This document shows positions 55,709 to 58,512 of a stretch of 58,512 nucleotides of DNA, piece by piece. The stretch comes from an uncultured Alphaproteobacteria bacterium. Its GTDB lineage: Bacteria > Pseudomonadota > Alphaproteobacteria > HIMB59 > GCA-002718135. A program made the position numbers and the translations under genes. Positions within the stretch are counted from its first letter, which is position 1. Every line of letters starts with the position of its first letter. The notes beneath the pieces were generated by a model that saw only the letters and a list, made by a program, of their open reading frames with translations, was not told the origin of the DNA and searched no databases. The stretch spans positions 1-58,512 of the forward strand of contig CABYIF010000003.1 in assembly GCA_902518985.1 (NCBI GenBank), in the 5' to 3' direction.

Positions 55709-56728
55709 TTAAAATGTTTTAGTTACTTTAGTTAAGTATCTTGGATTATCAGGGTCTAAACCTTTTTCAATAGAATAATTTATAATCCATGGATAAAACT
55801 TGGTAAGTATTATTATTGGATCTAAAACTTCTAATTCAAATGAATTATAAAACAAAGTATTCTCGTTTTCTTGCTTATAGGAAATTTCATAATGTAAATC
55901 TGTCAATTTTGTTATTTCTTTTGAATCTTTTTTAACAATATTACCACTCTTATCTTTTAATGAAATTGTAAAAAGCTTAAAAGAATTTTGTATTAAGCTT
56001 TTAGGTCCATGCATTACTTCTGCACTACTAAATGGCTCAATCATTTCTTGACATAATTCTTTAAATTTTAGTGACATCTCATTTGCAATTGCATAACCAA
56101 CACCCCTGCTAATGATAAATCCAGTCTCTATTGATTTATTTATGATATTTGAATCCCATTGATTATTTGAGTCTTCAATAAGATTGTTGCTAAAAACTTC
56201 AACTTGTTTATCTATGTTTTTTCCAAGTGATTTATATATTATTTTAATAATTATTAACAATGACATGATAAATGTTTTTGTAGCTGCTACACTTTTTTCT
56301 TCACCAGCATTGATATTAAAAAAATAATTACAATTATTTATAATAGGACTCTTTTCATTATTAGATATTAATAAAGTAGTTGCACCCATTAATTTACTCA
56401 TATTTTCACATTCAATTAAATCTTCACTCATTCCAGATTGTGAAATAATAATTACGAGAGCTTTAGAAAAATCAAATTTAGATTTTTCTAAAGTTATAAT
56501 TGAAGGTGGCATGCTATATGAAGGTAAGCCTAAATATTTAGCAAACATATAAGAAGCATATAAAGCAGCACAATCAGAAGTTCCTCTTGCTACAGTAACG
56601 ATGTATTGGATATTTTTTTCTACAATTAATTTAGCTATATCACTATATTTGTTTTTATCATTTAAAGCAAAATCATTAACCCTCTCGGGAATAGATAAAG
56701 CTTCATTCAATACAATAGACTTATTCAT
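55709..56728 (-). CDS. SIS-domain sugar-phosphate isomerase/deaminase (AgaS/GlmS-C-like)
   Basis: 339 aa. Contains VARGTSD, ISQSGMSED and a second SIS-like half. Confidence 0.8.
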   Translation of the reverse strand: MNKSIVLNEALSIPERVNDFALNDKNKYSDIAKLIVEKNIQYIVTVARGTSDCAALYASYMFAKYLGLPSYSMPPSIITLEKSKFDFSKALVIIISQSGMSEDLIECENMSKLMGATTLLISNNEKSPIINNCNYFFNINAGEEKSVAATKTFIMSLLIIIKIIYKSLGKNIDKQVEVFSNNLIEDSNNQWDSNIINKSIETGFIISRGVGYAIANEMSLKFKELCQEMIEPFSSAEVMHGPKSLIQNSFKLFTISLKDKSGNIVKKDSKEITKLTDLHYEISYKQENENTLFYNSFELEVLDPIIILTKFYPWIINYSIEKGLDPDNPRYLTKVTKTF

Positions 56729-57830
56729 TAACTTTATTTCCTTCTAAATAAACATCAATTAAATTAAAATTTTTATCAAGAACTAAAAAATTACTTAAAA
56801 AACCTTTTTTTATTTCACCTATGTTTATATTATTAATATATCTTGAAGCATTATAACTTGTTAATTCTACAGCTTCCTCAATAGAAAAATCCATATTAAT
56901 TAAGTTTTTGAAAGTTTTATCCATAGTTACTATGCTTCCTGCTAATGTACCATCATCAATTATTTTAACTGAATTATTTTCTTTTTTTATTCTATTTTTA
57001 GCAAATAAATACTCTCCATCTTCTAAGCCACTGGCATTAATTGAGTCAGTAATGGCATATAATCCTGATATACATTTTTTTGCAATTTTTATTGATTGTT
57101 TACTTACATGAATATTATCACATATTATTTCTGCGAATTTTGCATTTGACAAAGCTGCTGATAAAACACCTGGAGCTCTATGATCATTACCAGACATTGC
57201 ATTATAAAGGTGAGTAAAACCAATATCATATTTGTTCATATATTTTTCACAGCAATCATAATCAGCAAGCGAGTGGCCAAATTGAATTTTAATATTTAAA
57301 TCTAAAAGATCTTCTATAAAACTTTCCATTTCATCAAGTTCAGGAGCTATAGTTATAATTTTAATATTTGCTAATTCAGATACTTTCTTTATAAATTCTA
57401 AAGATGGTTTTTGAGTTAAATTTGGTTGTGCTCCTAGTTTATTAGGATTTATAAAAGGTCCTTCTAAATGAACTCCTAGTATATTTGGATTTTGTTTCTT
57501 AATTTTATTAAAATCAATTAAAGCATTGTAGGTTTGTTCAAATGTATTTGTCCAAGTGGTAGGTAAAATAGATGTAGTGCCATGTATTAAGTGATATTTT
57601 GACATTTTAACAATTGAGTCTACACCTTCCATTGTATCAAAACCGTTACCACCATGACAATGAAGATCTATGAACCCTGGAACTATATAATTATAATTAT
57701 TTGATATTTTGGTTTTTTTAACCTTGTTAATAGTTTTATTAAACTCGATTTCACCTTCAAAGGCTGAGTCATAATTAACTATTATTCCTGATATCTTATT
57801 CAATTTTTTACAATTATTTAATTGCTCCAT
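56721..57830 (-). CDS. nagA: N-acetylglucosamine-6-phosphate deacetylase
   Basis: 369 aa. Contains GFIDLHCHGG, HLEGPF, GHS, THLYNAM and CDNIHV motifs. Confidence 0.9.
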   Translation of the reverse strand: MEQLNNCKKLNKISGIIVNYDSAFEGEIEFNKTINKVKKTKISNNYNYIVPGFIDLHCHGGNGFDTMEGVDSIVKMSKYHLIHGTTSILPTTWTNTFEQTYNALIDFNKIKKQNPNILGVHLEGPFINPNKLGAQPNLTQKPSLEFIKKVSELANIKIITIAPELDEMESFIEDLLDLNIKIQFGHSLADYDCCEKYMNKYDIGFTHLYNAMSGNDHRAPGVLSAALSNAKFAEIICDNIHVSKQSIKIAKKCISGLYAITDSINASGLEDGEYLFAKNRIKKENNSVKIIDDGTLAGSIVTMDKTFKNLINMDFSIEEAVELTSYNASRYINNINIGEIKKGFLSNFLVLDKNFNLIDVYLEGNKVNE

Positions 57831-58512
57831 CAGTTAATCCACTTACAAAGTATTTACCAACGAAAAGAAATAAAAATATTACTGGCAAACTTGCCAAAGT
57901 TGCACCTGCTAGCAAAAAACCCCAATCAATCTGATATTGACCAACAATTGAAGCTAAACCAACTGGAATTGTTCTTAAATCATCTCCGCTAATTAAAATT
58001 GATGCAAACATATACTCAGTCCAAGATATTACAAAACAAAAAATTGCTATACTTGCAATGCCTGGAGCAGCCAGTGGTAAGACAATGTTAAATAAAATTC
58101 TTAATCTAGAAGCTCCGTCAATATAAGCTGCCTCTTCTATTTCGTTAGGTATCATTTTAAAAAATGCTTTTAACATCCATACTGCAAATGGAGAGGCAAA
58201 AGTAACATTTATTATGATGAGAGAGAAGTAGCTATTTAGTAGTCCAACCTTACCTAACATTAGGTACATTGGTATAAGTAGTATAACACCTGGAAAAGCA
58301 TAAGTTACCAATAAACTATGTTCTATTAATTGATTCCCATAAAATCTTAACTTATGCAAACCATAAGCGGCCAATAGTGATAAAATTACTGAAATTATCA
58401 TAGAGATGAAAGAAACAATTAGACTATTTTTTAAATATTGAAGAATATCTGATGTAATTATTAGTTTATAATAATGCTCAAGAGTAAATGATAATGGAAA
58501 ATAAGTTGGGTT
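57814..58512 (-). CDS. ABC sugar permease, MalG-type, 5' end outside the window
   Basis: The track starts at Met 58401, but by hand translation the frame is open to the window edge (...NPTYFPLSFTLEHYYKLIITSDILQYLKNSLIVSFIS-MIISV...). Contains the EAA loop EEAAYIDGASRLRILFNIVLP. Confidence 0.85.
   Translation of the reverse strand, partial: NPTYFPLSFTLEHYYKLIITSDILQYLKNSLIVSFISMIISVILSLLAAYGLHKLRFYGNQLIEHSLLVTYAFPGVILLIPMYLMLGKVGLLNSYFSLIIINVTFASPFAVWMLKAFFKMIPNEIEEAAYIDGASRLRILFNIVLPLAAPGIASIAIFCFVISWTEYMFASILISGDDLRTIPVGLASIVGQYQIDWGFLLAGATLASLPVIFLFLFVGKYFVSGLTDGAIK

Noticed and set aside
1-58512. CRISPR arrays, rRNA genes, IS elements and prophage genes.
   Set aside because: I saw no regularly spaced direct repeats, no rRNA-like G+C-rich stretches, and no transposase, integrase or phage structural motifs in any ORF.

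Overview
The window is very AT-rich (roughly 30% G+C by eye). It is almost entirely coding and has many 1-40 nt gene overlaps. It has no rRNA, CRISPR array, transposase or integrase. This style matches a streamlined marine alphaproteobacterium of the SAR11/Pelagibacterales type; that assignment is an inference from style and gene content, not from a search.

All family calls come from reading motifs in the supplied translations and my own hand translations. No alignments were run.

Layout:
- 1-2649: tail of a sugar-nucleotide/glycan cluster.
- 2667-6605: infA, yacG-like, hisD, hisG, murA and small zinc-ribbon ORFs.
- 6610-8237: divergent metal permease and MntR/DtxR pair sharing a perfect 20-bp palindrome.
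- 8391-15079: assorted housekeeping genes (C-N hydrolase, HpcH aldolase, ABC-F ATPase, MFS).
- 15198-19138: a four-gene, translationally coupled island. It holds two different DNA amino-methyltransferases and two unrecognisable proteins with PD-(D/E)xK-like signatures, and it abuts tRNA-Thr(GGU). This is the most interesting locus, either a heterodimeric type IIS/IIT-like restriction-modification system or a novel defence system.
- 19720-34547: glcB, GFA, GST, pdxJ, LysE, dipeptidase, cyclophilin, RidA, clpS, clpA, DD-carboxypeptidase-SPOR, PMM/PGM and UDP-glucose dehydrogenase.
- 34618-49019: a LacI-controlled sugar locus. It has two ABC importers, ThuA/Gfo-Idh-MocA, an ALDH, a PanB-like paralogue, a membrane desaturase and a flavodoxin. 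The 14-bp palindrome CCAAAACGTTTTGG occurs three times.
- 49161-58512: short GlpD, HAD phosphatases, a kinase, and a long overlapping operon (MalG-type permease, nagA, SIS, GMC oxidoreductase, enolase-superfamily enzyme, HAD).

Several short genes below the ORF-track cutoff were recovered by hand: yacG-like, DUF2256-like, and two mini-ORFs coupled to the ABC-F gene.
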